Shown: in pieces, positions 51,441-62,944 of the stretch
How positions within the stretch are numbered: position 1 is the stretch's first letter
Layout: each line of letters opens with the position of its first letter
Source: Octopus bimaculoides
Lineage: Eukaryota
DNA: 64,000 nucleotides
Assembly: GCF_001194135.2 (NCBI RefSeq)
Contig: NC_068981.1
Span: 186,362,633 to 186,426,632, forward strand
Reading direction: 5' to 3'
Program-made: the position numbers and the translations under genes
The notes under the pieces: generated by a model
The model's database searches: none
Told to the model about the DNA's origin: nothing
The model's input: only the letters and a program-made list of their open reading frames with translations

Positions 51441-51516
51441 CCTTTACCGAACCGCTAAGTTGCAGGGATGTAAACACACCAAAACCGGTTGTCAAGCGAT
51501 GGGGGGAGACAAACAA
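51441..51516 (-). mobile_element. SINE family A fragment, inverted relative to 51263
   Basis: CCGAACCGCTAAGTTG...TAAACACACC...CCGGTTGTCAAGCGATGGGGGGAGACAAAC. Confidence 0.85.
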
Positions 51517-52285
51517 GCAAAAGTTAAAGGAGGAAGGACGATCAAAACTCAACACTAAACCACAACAATTAAAGAAAGAACATTTAAGCAAACAAGTATT
51601 ACAGATTACGTCGGAGATAACCCTGCTTTGTGATTGATCCTACACATGCCAACTTCCAAAACACCGCACGCGTACCTAAGTGAACATATGTCCGGAAAGC
51701 TTTTATGAAAATGCAAATGAAGGTAAACGATTTCGTGTCGATGCGCATTTAATTCGGTCAGGTATTATAAATGCAGGCGACTGTTTGATGTCTTTGTAAT
51801 GGCATTTACCTCAGGTGTTCCGATCAGATATATTCAACCGAGGTAGAAAAATAAACAGAAAAGAGAAGAAGAAAAGATAAAATGGATGAAAGGCTTTTTA
51901 TTTATTTATTTACTAAGAAGATTATTAATAGTATAAACGAAAATTCCGCAGCAGCTAGGAGTAAAAGATTCCTCTTCCTTTCTGCAACAATAGCGTTGGG
52001 TGTGCTTGAATGTGTGTACACATATACATACATATATACGTATGTGTGTGTATATTCATATATTTGTATCAACACACAAACATTATATGGATGAATGAAT
52101 AGCAGTGTGTGTATTTGAAAGCGTGTGTATGTGAAAAAATGTGGGTGTCTATCATATGTATACATACTGGTGTAAATAATTCATAAATATACATACATAC
52201 ATACATACATACATACATTCATTCACACACACACACACACACACATATATATGATGTCGTATGCATATGGTATATGTATGTCTGA

Positions 52286-52321
<36 letters not shown>

Positions 52322-52992
52322 NNNNNNNNNNNNNNNNNNNNNNNNNNNNNNNNNNNNNNNNNNNNNNNNNNNNNNNNNNNNNNNNNNNNNNNNNNNNNNN
52401 NNNNNNNNNNNNNNNNNNNNNNNNNNNNNNNNNNNNNNNNNNNNNNNNNNNNNNNNNNNNNNNNNNNNNNNNNNNNNNNNNNNNNNNNNNNNNNNNNNNN
52501 NNNNNNNNNNNNNNNNNNNNNNNNNNNNNNNNNNNNNNNNNNNNNNNNNNNNNNNNNNNNNNNNNNNNNNNNNNNNNNNNNNNNNNNNNNNNNNNNNNTA
52601 TATATATATATATATATATATATATACTAATGACATTATCAAACATTTTTCACTAATGGCGTATCTGATTGGCGAATTCTGGAATCATGTGTTTGTTTAC
52701 ACTTTTCATTTGAAGTCAATACCAATCGCCACCAAACAAAACATGCACCATGACTGGAAGCAAAGTCAGTTGCTATAATTTAGGAAGTTGTGTTGTATTA
52801 TGTTATTGTTGTTGTTCTATTAATACGTTGCTCTGTCCACTCCTATTTATGAAGGAATATATATATATGTGTGTGTGTGTCTTTGTTTCGAATATATGTA
52901 TACACACACATGCACACACGTATATATAATTATTGTCTTCAATTCAAACGCAAACAGAATGCTCACATAGTCTCAAAGGTGTGTGTGTGGAA

Positions 52993-53025
<33 letters not shown>

Positions 53026-53110
53026 CGGAGAGACAGACAGGAGGACAGACAGACATACGTACATTTATATATGTGTGTGTGTGTGTGTGTGCATTCATAT
53101 ATGCATTAGT

Positions 53111-53181
53111 AGATAGATAGACAGACAGATAGGTAGATAGATAGACAGACAGATAGGTAGATAGATAGACAGACAGATAGG

Positions 53182-53237
<56 letters not shown>

Positions 53238-53290
53238 TACATAGATACATAAATACATACATGCATACATGATAGATAGATAAACAGATA
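53111..53290. repeat. GATA/GACA tract starting with three perfect 24-bp higher-order units
   Basis: AGATAGATAGACAGACAGATAGGT x3 at 53111-53182. Confidence 0.93.
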
Positions 53291-53832
53291 AATAGATAAG
53301 TGGAGAGGCTGACAGACAGGAAGGCAAGCAGTCAGACATACATAGATGTGGATATATACATCCATACAGAGCACGCACACACATACACCCACCCACCCAC
53401 ACACCTACAGACACAAGTGCAAAATCCTGCGTACACGCTTGAATATATTGTAAATGCGTGGCTTCCTGTTTGTCTTTTCGACTGTCACCTATTCCTCGCT
53501 TCATATACGCCATTGCCATTTGACATATCTGTGAGTTCGCATGTGTTTGTATGTATGTAACTAATCTTTACGTATGCGCAGTTTAGCATTCCTATAATGT
53601 ACGCCAGATTAAGGCGATTAAAGAACAGTTTTTCGCGTTCAGGCTCTGGAACTGTTCCAACAGTACCATTATTGATTGCATGTTGAGAGAATTACTTGCA
53701 GAGCTACTCACTCTCGTCTGCTTGATGACTCATTTCTGCCTTCGTCAACTACTGTTTTTCTCTCGAAGTATTGATTAGAATGAAACATGAGACATATAAT
53801 GAAGTGACGCGTGGGTCAGGCATAGTGGATCA

Positions 53833-53865
<33 letters not shown>

Positions 53866-54134
53866 ACGGATACACGATTGTACATATTTACAACTCATCA
53901 TCTACACGCTCTCTCGCTCTCTCTCATACACATACACACATATTTACATACACTGTACACTTACTAACGCAATTATAGGGAAGCGTAGTACATTTACAGA
54001 GAGGAGAAAAGACAGCGAATGTATGTGATACAGTTATTTGAATGAGTAAAACAGAATGTGTATATATATTATTAGAAGACATATGCTGGAAACTGCGTTG
54101 CTTTAAACAAGCTCTCATACACAGTCACATGTAC

Positions 54135-54172
<38 letters not shown>

Positions 54173-54373
54173 GTGTGTGTGTGTGTGTATGTGTGTGTGT
54201 GTGTGTGTGTCATTTAATAAACACAATATATGATTGTCTATGCATGGAAATACATACACACACATATATATACACACATACCTAAATATATGCGTAAATA
54301 TATACATACATATCTAAGTAAATATATTATATATATATACAGGCGTAAGTATATATATTGTATATATATAGAC

Positions 54374-54779
54374 AGGCGTAGGAGTGGCTGTGTGGTAAGT
54401 AGCTTGCTTACGAACCACATGGTTCCAGATTCAATCCCACTGCGTGTTACCTTGGGCAAGTGTCTTCTACTATAGCCTCGGGCCGACCAAAGCCTTGTGA
54501 GTGGATTTGGTAGACCGAGTATGAAAGAAGCCCATCGTATATATATATGCATATGTGTGTGTATGTGTTTGTGTGTTTGTATTTGTCCCCCCCAACATCG
54601 CTTGACAACCGATGCTGGTGTGTTAACGTTCCCGTAACTTAGCTGTTCGGCAAAAGGGACCGATAGAATAAGTACTAGGATTACAAAGAATAAATCCTGG
54701 GGTCGATTTGCTCGACTAATGGCGGTGCTGCAGCATGGCCACAGTCAAATGACTGAAACAAGTAAAAGAGTAAAAGAAT
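54374..54779 (+). mobile_element. Full-length SINE family A
   Basis: AGGCGTAGGAGTGGCTGTGTGGTAAG head through the GACTGAAACAAGTAAAAGAGTAAAAG tail. Confidence 0.95.
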
Positions 54780-56034
54780 AAACATAGAAAGAGCCGGTTC
54801 TTTTACCTAGATTCAAGGCTCCTTCTCTGGAATTTCAACGTCAACAACAGGGTATTTTTATTTCTATGTATATATGTATATATGCAGATTTGTATGTTTT
54901 GGTTTATGTATGTATTCTCATGCATATAGTTCTACATTTAGACATGCTCATATATATTTAAATGATAAACTTCTGGAAAGTTTTACAGATTCTTATAGTT
55001 CCAGTGATGGATTGGATCTGTAGTCTTCGAATTAGCTTTCTCCTTTCTGGTATTGAGAATCCTAATTTCTGAAGATTGGTATTTAGGCAGTGTGTTACAT
55101 ATCCCAGGTCCCAATAATTACAGTTATAAACCTGAACTTGTATGCATGTATGTATGCAAGTATGTATGTAGTTGTGTTTATATATATATATATATACGAG
55201 TATCTTTTAATCGGAATTTCATTCACAGAAAGCATGCGTGTAATTATTCACTCCATCTGAAATGGATAAGACCGTAACTGTAAATGTCAACCTGGTACGA
55301 TTTTTATTCTTGTCCTTCGTTTATCACATATAATGTTGGATGTGTTATGGTTTTTCAGGCAGGGATAGTTAATCTTGACTTTGCATGCGTTGAAGTTTAG
55401 TCATACATGTGTCTCCTTGTCTTACACTATCTAGAAGATGTTTGACCATAATCGGGGCAACATTAAATAGGTTTACTTTTTCCATTGCGGTTACAGATTT
55501 ATTCCGCTATATTCACTGGACATTTATACGCATACTTAAGCGTGAGTGAGATTCTAAGAAAAGGAATTTATTTTATATGCATGTTTGTATAGATGTATAT
55601 GTGTGTATGTGTGTGTGTGGTCAAGAAGGTATCATACATATATGTTAGACGGTATCCAAAAGAACCAACTGTGTATTAAAATGCATTATTTTCTTTTCGT
55701 GTTGAAAGATATTCATATTCACCAAAATCCCTTAGGATATACGCATACAAATATTAAGATCTTCAATATAAACATATCGAAACGTATGCACCAAAATAGT
55801 AGATGTAATAGCATATCATAACAATGGCGATACTACAATACATCCACCATTTATGATACAACGAATATGAAATTTTCATTCAAATGATATTCAATATATA
55901 TGGTATTTGGTATGTGTAGATTTGTGGGCGAAAGCAAACATAGGCTTTTAATCTACTAGTACAGTACTACGGTACTAATGCAAATATGTACTAATGTTAT
56001 ACATATATTTATACATAGTCACTTTTTATTTATT

Positions 56035-56503
56035 TCAATCAATCAGCTGCAGCCATGCTAGAGCACCACTTTGAAGGGTTTAGATGAGTTAATCACCCCC
56101 CACCCCAGTATCTGGTTTTGTTTTGTTTTGTTTTTTAGTCTATTTATTATGTCGGTCTCCTCTGAACAGCAAGGATGTAAAGAAAACATTACCGGTTGTC
56201 TAGTTGTGGAGAACTGACAAACTAAAACACACACGCACACATACACGCACAAACATCCACATACAACACCAACATCCACAATCATCCACATACAACGTAC
56301 AAACATACAACGTACAAACATACACATACACACACATACATATACGATGGTTTCTTCAGAGATTTCATATCTCAAATTCGCTCACAAGGCATTGCTCACT
56401 CGGGGCTATAGTAGATGACCTTTGCACAAGGTGCCACTCTGTAGGCATGAACACCTAACCCCGTGGTTACAAAGCAAATTTCCTGACTCTACAGCTATAT
56501 CTG
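56035..56503 (-). mobile_element. Older diverged SINE family A relative
   Basis: CTGCAGCCATGCTAGAGCACCACTTTGAAGGG tail...CTCACAAGGCATT...GGGGCTATAGTAGATGAC...CAAGGTGCCAC. Confidence 0.75.
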
Positions 56504-56659
56504 AAACTAATAATAGCACAGAAACAAGCTGATCAACTGAGTGGTAGATTAACTCATTCTGTAGATGGTCGGACGAAGTGCCTTACAGAATGCAGTAACT
56601 CAGTTTTTGATTTAGACAACCACCAAGGTCAAATATGCCCTGCCTTTCTTCTATCTGAA

Positions 56660-56788
56660 ACCTTAATCAATTACGTTAAGGGTTCTCATGTTTGTGGAAC
56701 CCTCGGCCACTTGCAGTTAATATCACTAGCAGGCTGTTCCGTTGGTCGCATCAACTGGAACACACATCTATGTAACCGGTGGAGTGCC
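56660..56788 (+). mobile_element. SINE family C 3' tail
   Basis: TTACGTTAAGGG...CGGCCACTTGCAGTTAAT...GCAGGCTGTTCCGTTGG...ATCAACTGGAAC...GTAACC..TGGAGTGCC; matches the reverse complement of 23764-23870. Confidence 0.8.
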
Positions 56789-57616
56789 AGTTTAGGATGT
56801 ATGGTTCAATGATGGCCAAAATCAATCTCAAAGCTTCTATGTGTGTATCTAACATTTGTCTAACGCAAGTCACTCTTGTTATACTCTTTGGATAATTAGC
56901 TGCTATTACACCAAACCTCTCAAGTAGTAGCATTGTTAATACAGTAAATATTTAACGTGTTTGTTTATTAACTTTTTGCCTATCCAAGGAATTTTCATAA
57001 GTTTGTTCTGAATGTACATACTTATTTTCAAACGTTTGCTTAATCCTTGCTTCATACGTAATGAGTAGAATTAAGCTTTCCTTTCTTAAGTTCCAACGTA
57101 CTCTGGTGGTTGGCAAAAATTGGCAATGTGTATCAGATACGATGCATAGAAGCCAGAGAAATATGTCCTGTGTGTTACAAGTGACACACAGAGTTAATTC
57201 TTCTTATAGACGAATCGTTGGATGCTACCTTCTTATATTATACGAGGTCAGATTGCGAGATCTCTTGCTCGCTATTTCGGCTCTGAAGTGCATGAACTTG
57301 CTAATAATTCGTTGTCACGATTTAATTTAAATGTTTATTTAAATTATATTTCTTGACGTAAACTAAGACAAATACATACTGACAACTTCCAAGCTTGTAA
57401 GTTATTTGATATTGAATAAACCTGACGATCTGGTAAATATCAAATTCAATTGCTAAGGTGATTTGTACAATATGGCTTTGTAAATCTCCACAAGTTTACC
57501 TCGTTTGAAAAGGACGTCAGCAACTGTTTACTTTCCAATTTTAGTTCAGCCATCGTTGAAAATAAACAAATTTATATTTAGAGTTGTATATAATCATTAA
57601 TATCAATTAAAGACGA

Positions 57617-57840
57617 GGTTGGTAGCTGGCAGAATCGTTTGTAGGGTGGGGAAAACTGCTTAGAGCTGCGTTCTTTTTTTTTTACGTTCTAAGTTCAGAT
57701 TACGCTGAGGTCACTTTGCTTGTCTTCACTTTGGAGTCAATACATTAAGTACCAGTTGAGCACTAGGGTCGATGTAATCGACTCATAATCGCTCTCCACC
57801 ACCCACCCCGAAAATGTTGTCCTTGGGCCAAAATTTGAAG
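57617..57840 (+). mobile_element. SINE family B (cluster copy 1)
   Basis: AGCTGGCAGAATCGTT head; AAGTACCAGTTGAGCACTAGGGTCGATGTAATCGACT; tail CCTTGGGCCAAAATTTGAA. Confidence 0.85.
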
Positions 57841-57846
57841 CTATTC

Positions 57847-58058
57847 AGGCGACGAGCTGGCAGAATCGTCAGTACGCCAAGGAAATTGCTCAGCAGCATT
57901 TCGTCCGTCTTTACGTTCAGTGTTCAAATTCTGCCTGGATCAGATTTTCTTTTCGTCCTTCGGGGGTCGATAAAATAAGTATCATTTGATCACTGGAGTC
58001 ATTATAATAGACTTGCTCACTCCCGAAAACTGCTGGCCTTGTGCCAAAATTTGAAACT
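57847..58058 (+). mobile_element. SINE family B (cluster copy 2)
   Basis: AGGCGACGAGCTGGCAGAATCG head; tail TGCTGGCCTTGTGCCAAAATTTGAAAC. Confidence 0.9.
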
Positions 58059-58286
58059 AAAATTGATTAAGAGCGTGAGAAAGTAAATAAAAATCGATGA
58101 TGGATAGTCTACATACACCAAACAGAATTATTAAAATTAATAGAATAAGAAAAATGGCATATTTTTCTTCTTCCTCGCGTAGACCTCGTTTCGGAGCCTT
58201 CGAAGAAGGGCTCTTCCAAAATGCCAAAATACAGCTCACTTCGCTGCACTCAAACTTACCATAAACGTTATTATTGTCAGGAAACC

Positions 58287-58505
58287 AAGGCAGGTGAGCT
58301 GGCAGAATCGTTAGCACGTTGGATGAAATGCTTACTGATATTTCGCCCGTCGCTACGTTTTGAGTTCAAATTCCACTGAGGTCGACTTTGCCATACGTCC
58401 ATTTGGGTTCAATAAATTAAATACCAGTTACGCTCTTGGGTCGATGTAAACAACTAGACCCTCCCGCAAAATTTCAGGTATCGTGTCTATAGTAGAAAGG
58501 GTTAT
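58287..58505 (+). mobile_element. SINE family B (cluster copy 3, AGTAGAAAGG tail type)
   Basis: AAGGCAGGTGAGCTGGCAGAATCGTTAGCACG; B box GAGTTCAAATTCC. Confidence 0.9.
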
Positions 58506-58520
58506 TATTGTCAGAAAACT

Positions 58521-58725
58521 AAGGTAGGTGAGGTGTCATAATTGTTAGCGCATCGAACGAACTGCATAGTTATAATTCTTTCCACTCTTTGTGTTCCGAG
58601 GTTCAATTTGCCTTTCATCCTTTCGTATCGATAAAATAAAATTTCATTGAAGTACTAGTTTCAATGTAATCGACTTACCGCCATCGCTCCTTGAAATTGC
58701 TGGCCTTGGGCTCAATTTTGCAACA
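58521..58725 (+). mobile_element. SINE family B (cluster copy 4, diverged)
   Basis: TTTGCCTTTCATCCTTTCG..TCGATAAAATAA; tail AAATTGCTGGCCTTGGGCTCAATTTTG. Confidence 0.8.
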
Positions 58726-59124
58726 TTTACTATGTAATAACGAAGTATTAGAAGAATATTTTCAAGAACCCAACTTTTAAAACATCGGAACTATACCTAT
58801 TTTACCCATCAGTAATTCTTAAGGGAACGTACATGATGCCTACGAAGATATATCTTTTCTATTCATTACAGAAAATTAACTCAGTCCATTTCTCGAACTC
58901 TCTTCTGCTCTTTATTTGCAGTCGCAGAACAACCTCTTTCTTTTCAATACAATAGACACTAAGAAATTATCTGTAATTCCAAGTATTTCCATATTACTTG
59001 CTCGTTAACCTCTGGTATTTATAGCGCATTGATTACATTACAAGACGTGATATATATAATTATACTATACTATACTATACTATCAAATCAACTCAACGTA
59101 TATTTTACTATTTTCTGTCCACAG

Positions 59125-59184
59125 GTGCCGATATTGATTTCGAACTACTGAAATTACACATTTGAAAACAAAAACAAACCTAAG
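59125..59184 (+). other. Candidate 60-nt non-coding (UTR-type) exon
   Basis: Acceptor TATTTTACTATTTTCTGTCCACAG| and consensus donor AAG|GTAAGT; no ATG, and stops in all three frames. Confidence 0.5.
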
Positions 59185-59447
59185 GTAAGTTTTGAAATTA
59201 AAGTATTTAATATATTGTGAATTATAGCCGTTCCTTTATTTCCGGATATTATTAGCTCAATCGATTCTATTCAATATATACAGATTCTGAAGGCACATAA
59301 CTTAGTGGTTAGGGTATTTGATTCTTTGCCGTATAGATGACACTTCCTTTTTAAGATTTATATGTAATCTTAGGTATGTTACATGCAAGTATATAAATCG
59401 AAACCGATCTTTTTACTAGTAAAGAAGTGTATTAATATATTTTCTCC

Positions 59448-59610
59448 TTTTTCAATTTCCACCGAGGTCCATTTTGCCATTCATCCTTTCGAGGTCGATT
59501 AAATAAGTACCAGTTACGCACTGGGGTCGATGCAATTGATTTAATCCCTTTCTTCTGTCTTTGTTTGTCCACTGTATGTTTAGCCTCCTGTGGGCAATAA
59601 AGAAATAAAT
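59448..59610 (+). mobile_element. SINE family B, 5'-truncated (left-monomer tail type)
   Basis: CCACCGAGGTCC.TTTTGCCATTCATCCTTTCGAGGTCGATTAAATAAGTACCAGTTACGCACTGGGGTCGA...TGTGGGCAATAAAGAAATAA. Confidence 0.9.
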
Positions 59611-59662
59611 ATATTTTCTCCTAACATAAGGCGGTGAGCTGGCCGAAACGTATAGACTCATA

Positions 59663-59850
59663 GAGCCGCTTTCCCGGTTTCTGAGACGTATATATTCCAC
59701 CTGGAGGTGACGCCGGTCCCTTGCAGGAATACTCTATTTCGTCAGCTGCATGAACGCGAGCAACGTGAAATGTAATATTTCGTTCAAGAACATGATGCAT
59801 TGACCGATCTAACAATCGAAAACACAATCTTATGATCAGGACTCAAACAT
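59663..59850 (-). mobile_element. SINE family C with V-domain-like middle
   Basis: CCGCTTTCCCGGTTTCTG...CTGGAGGTGACGCCGGTCCCTTGCAGG...GAGCAACGTGAAATG...TCAAGAACA; preceded by a family B head stub at 59628-59650. Confidence 0.75.
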
Positions 59851-60051
59851 ATCTCAAAAATATATCACATTAATTTGTATGATTTAATCGTTTTCTACAT
59901 TAAATTTCTCTCCCTCTCTTTATATATATATATATACACCAGTGTAAGCACATAAATGTGAAACAAGGTGGGAAACAATAGTACTTGAATACCAGAGGTA
60001 GAGTAATATGCTTTATTATTAATGATGCAAAAACAAAAGTATATATACATA

Positions 60052-61253
60052 CAGGGTGCGTAAGATATTTGAGGGCATATATTTATACAAAAATGCTATG
60101 AGGATAAAAATAAACCTTCTTTTCTATAATGTTATTCAATAAAGCCACATTCAGCTTCAACAACTGCTTCTATATGAGATCTAAATCCTCTACATCCTCG
60201 AATCAAGTGGTCCTTGTTCATTTGGGACATTACTTTGATTATGGCAGCTTTCAAAGAATCTTTAGTGTTATGGTTGTGTTCATTGACTTCTCTCTCAAAA
60301 TCGCTCTACATTTAATTGTGCAGTGGATTGAGATCTGGGGAATAAAGGGGTTATGCGATCATGAAAATTTTCAGCCATCCACTCCTATGTTACTAGAGCC
60401 ATGTGTGATAGTGCACAGTCTTACTGAAATACATACTGCCTTCCATTGCATACACTGTCTATCCAGGGCTTAACAATTATTTCCAGGACCTCAATGTTGG
60501 TGGCAGAGTTAACTCAAATGCCTTGTGGAAAGAAGTAAGGAGGCATCACATGTCTTTCATTGCTGACAACCGCTAAAACCGTGACAGTTGCAGGAAATTT
60601 TGTATGCATAACACTTGGAACTTCAGAAGGGTCTGCACATAACCATCTGTCATTTCTTCTGTTAACTTTTTTGATTTTGGTCGAAGTTTTTCTCGTTTGA
60701 GAAAAACCAAGTCAAATCTTCTGCTAGATTTTTCAGTTTGTTTAAGAGCCTTTTAGATCTGATGTAGTGATTTTCTTTTGCTTTTTCTGACACATTGACC
60801 TTTCCTCATCGTATAAGACTGATGTCTTCATGGACAACATTTCTGACTGTTCCTTCTGACACATGGAGATCTTTTGCAATTGATCTCATGGATTTTCCGG
60901 GAATGTAACCAATGGTCTGTTTAACTGGCTGGATGAATTCAGGTGTTCTAATAATTTCAGAATGTTTAGAATACTTTTTATGCATTGATACTGGTGATAC
61001 GTTTCCATCTTCTGTCTCTAGCTCCTTACAAACTTCGCAGACGAAAGATCTGGCAGCTTTCAAAAATCGAGATATTTCTAAATCGCTCTGCTCAGCCTTT
61101 ATAGCCACAATAACAGCATGCCTCTTCATTTCTTGAGTAAGCTGAGGGTTGCCATTATTTTTTTTTTTTTTTCTGAAACAAAGATTATACAGTGTTAGAA
61201 AAATTGCAGCAATGACCCTCAAAAAGGTATGTCCTCAAATACCTTACGCACCC

Positions 61254-61255
<2 letters not shown>
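60052..61255 (-). mobile_element. Full-length Tc1/mariner DNA transposon (DD37D/maT-type), inactive
   Basis: TIRs CAGGGTGCGTAAGATATTTGAGGGCATAT (from 60052) and the reverse complement CAGGGTGCGTAAGGTATTTGAGGACATAC (to 61255), with 3 mismatches; TA duplication at 60050-51 and 61256-57; 1204 bp. Confidence 0.95.
60132..61155 (-). pseudogene. Transposase pseudogene (DDD family)
   Basis: MKRHAVIVAIKAE...KSMRSIAKDLHVSEGTVRNVV (HTH), WFFSNEKNF, KFPATV, VFQ*DCA, SPDLNPLH, ...EAVVEAECGFIE*. It has several frameshifts and stops, and catalytic Asp1 and Asp3 are mutated to Asn and His. Confidence 0.9.
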
Positions 61256-61301
<46 letters not shown>

Positions 61302-61399
61302 CGACCGGACTATCAGATGTTGTTATACATTGTTGGTCACAATGTGGACTTCGCATTATTTTAACTTTCGAATATTGCCACTCCACTGGCGAGAGGAGG

Positions 61400-61516
61400 A
61401 GGTTAACATTCTCCCTGATCTGAAGTCTATTCCATTGCAGGGTGACAGATTTTGAGCTGGGGAGGCTGGAGCAACGAGAAGAGAAGTGTTTTGGTCAAGA
61501 ACACAACGCGCCTCCG
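61400..61516 (-). mobile_element. SINE family C-type fragment
   Basis: TCCATTGCAGGGT...GCTGGAGCAACGAGAAGAGAAGTGTTTTGGTCAAGAACACAACGCG. Confidence 0.7.
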
Positions 61517-62091
61517 GGGTAATAATAATACATGAAGTGAAGCAGAACCAGTGTGTGGATGTTTGCTTCATATTGGCCGAGAGACCCTCCCAAGAGGCCC
61601 TTCTAAGATACAAAACTAAAAATTGTTTCAACTCACGTGTTCACATCAAGGAATCTTACCAAACCAATACCAAAACAATATATATTCATCGATAACCAGA
61701 ATTTGTTTTTCTGTAGCCCAGAATTATATTTCTAATTAAACTCCAGAATTTAACATATGGTTTGTACAAATGAGTAAAATATCTTTACAGATAAAGGATT
61801 TTCAACTGAAATATCGAACAGCCCCAATTAACGACCTAATTACAATAGATAGCACTAATTACGTGTAGTATACCTTTACGAAACGAAGGTTGCTCATTAG
61901 CAGTGAAAATAACGAACTACATTAATCGAAAAATAAATGATCGTTAGTGATTGAAGTTAACGTAGCGGAATATATTTTTCATTGTATTTCATATAAATTC
62001 TTGATTGAAAAGACGCGTAGTTGCTACTTTGAAAACTACAGTTGAGTTACGTATGCAATTTGGCTATTTCTTAAAAATGTGCCAAGTATAT

Positions 62092-62412
62092 CTTTGACTT
62101 GCTTCAATCACTGGACTGCGGTCATGCTGGGGTACCGCGCTTGAAGGGTTTTAGTCGAACATTTTTTTAAAGCCTGGTAATTATTTCTATAGGTATCTTT
62201 TACTCAAACCAACGTACTTTATCAAGCGGTGTTGAGGGGGAAAAAGACAGACACATACAACTAGTTTTCACACAGTTTTTGTCTTTCAAATTCATTCACA
62301 AGGAATTGGTCGGTTCTTGGCTATAGCTGGAAACACTTGCCAAAAATTCCGTACTGTGAGAATGAACCCGAAACTACATAATGGCAGAACTAGCTTATTC
62401 ACCAACAACCAT
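62092..62412 (-). mobile_element. Older SINE family A relative with internal deletions
   Basis: GACTGCGGTCATGCTGGGGTACCGC tail...CACAAGGAATTGGTCGG...GCTATAGCTGGAAACACTTGCC. Confidence 0.75.
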
Positions 62413-62536
62413 ATTTGCGTATTCGAAATTACATTAATTATTGATGTATTAGATGTAAATATAAATACGTGAATATTTACTTACGTAGCAATATGTGAGG
62501 TTGGAGCGAGCAAAGCAGAGTTAGCAGATTCGTTAA

Positions 62537-62944
62537 TTTCTTTTATACTCAGGGGCACAAGGCCCGAAATTTTGGGGGAGGGGGCAACTGGTACTTGATT
62601 TATCGACCCTGAAAAGATGAAAAGCAAAGTCGATCTCGGTGGAATTTGAACACAGAACATAAAGACAGACGAAATACCGCCAAGCATTTCGCCCGGCGTG
62701 CAAACGTTTCTTATTTCTTTATTGCCCACAAGGGGCTAAACATACAGGGGACAATCAAGGACAGACAAAACAATTAAGTCGATTACATGGACCCTAGTGC
62801 GTAACTGGTACTTATTTTATCGACTCCGAATGGATGAAAGGAAAAGTCGACCTTGGCGGAATTTGAACTCGGAGCGTAACGGCAGACGAAATAACGCTAA
62901 GCATTTCGCCCGGCGTGCTAACGTTTCTGCCAGCTTGCTGCCTT
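62537..62944 (-). mobile_element. Dimeric SINE family B inserted with a 16-bp TSD into the head of an older plus-strand family B copy
   Basis: Left monomer 62712-62944 and right monomer 62537-62711, flanked by TTAGCAGATTCGTTAA (62521-36) and TTAACAGATTCGTTAA (62943-58). The host SINE resumes with ...AAATGCTTAG...GAGTTCAAATC at about 63010. Confidence 0.88.

Noticed and set aside
54781-55055. Repeat-like block after SINE A, with a diverged relative near 18630-18710 containing GAAACCGGTA
   Set aside because: Probably a dispersed repeat, but I could not define its boundaries, class or a valid ribozyme core.
55725-55790. GATAT...ATATC-GAAAC-GTA motif
   Set aside because: No CTGANGA upstream of the stem.
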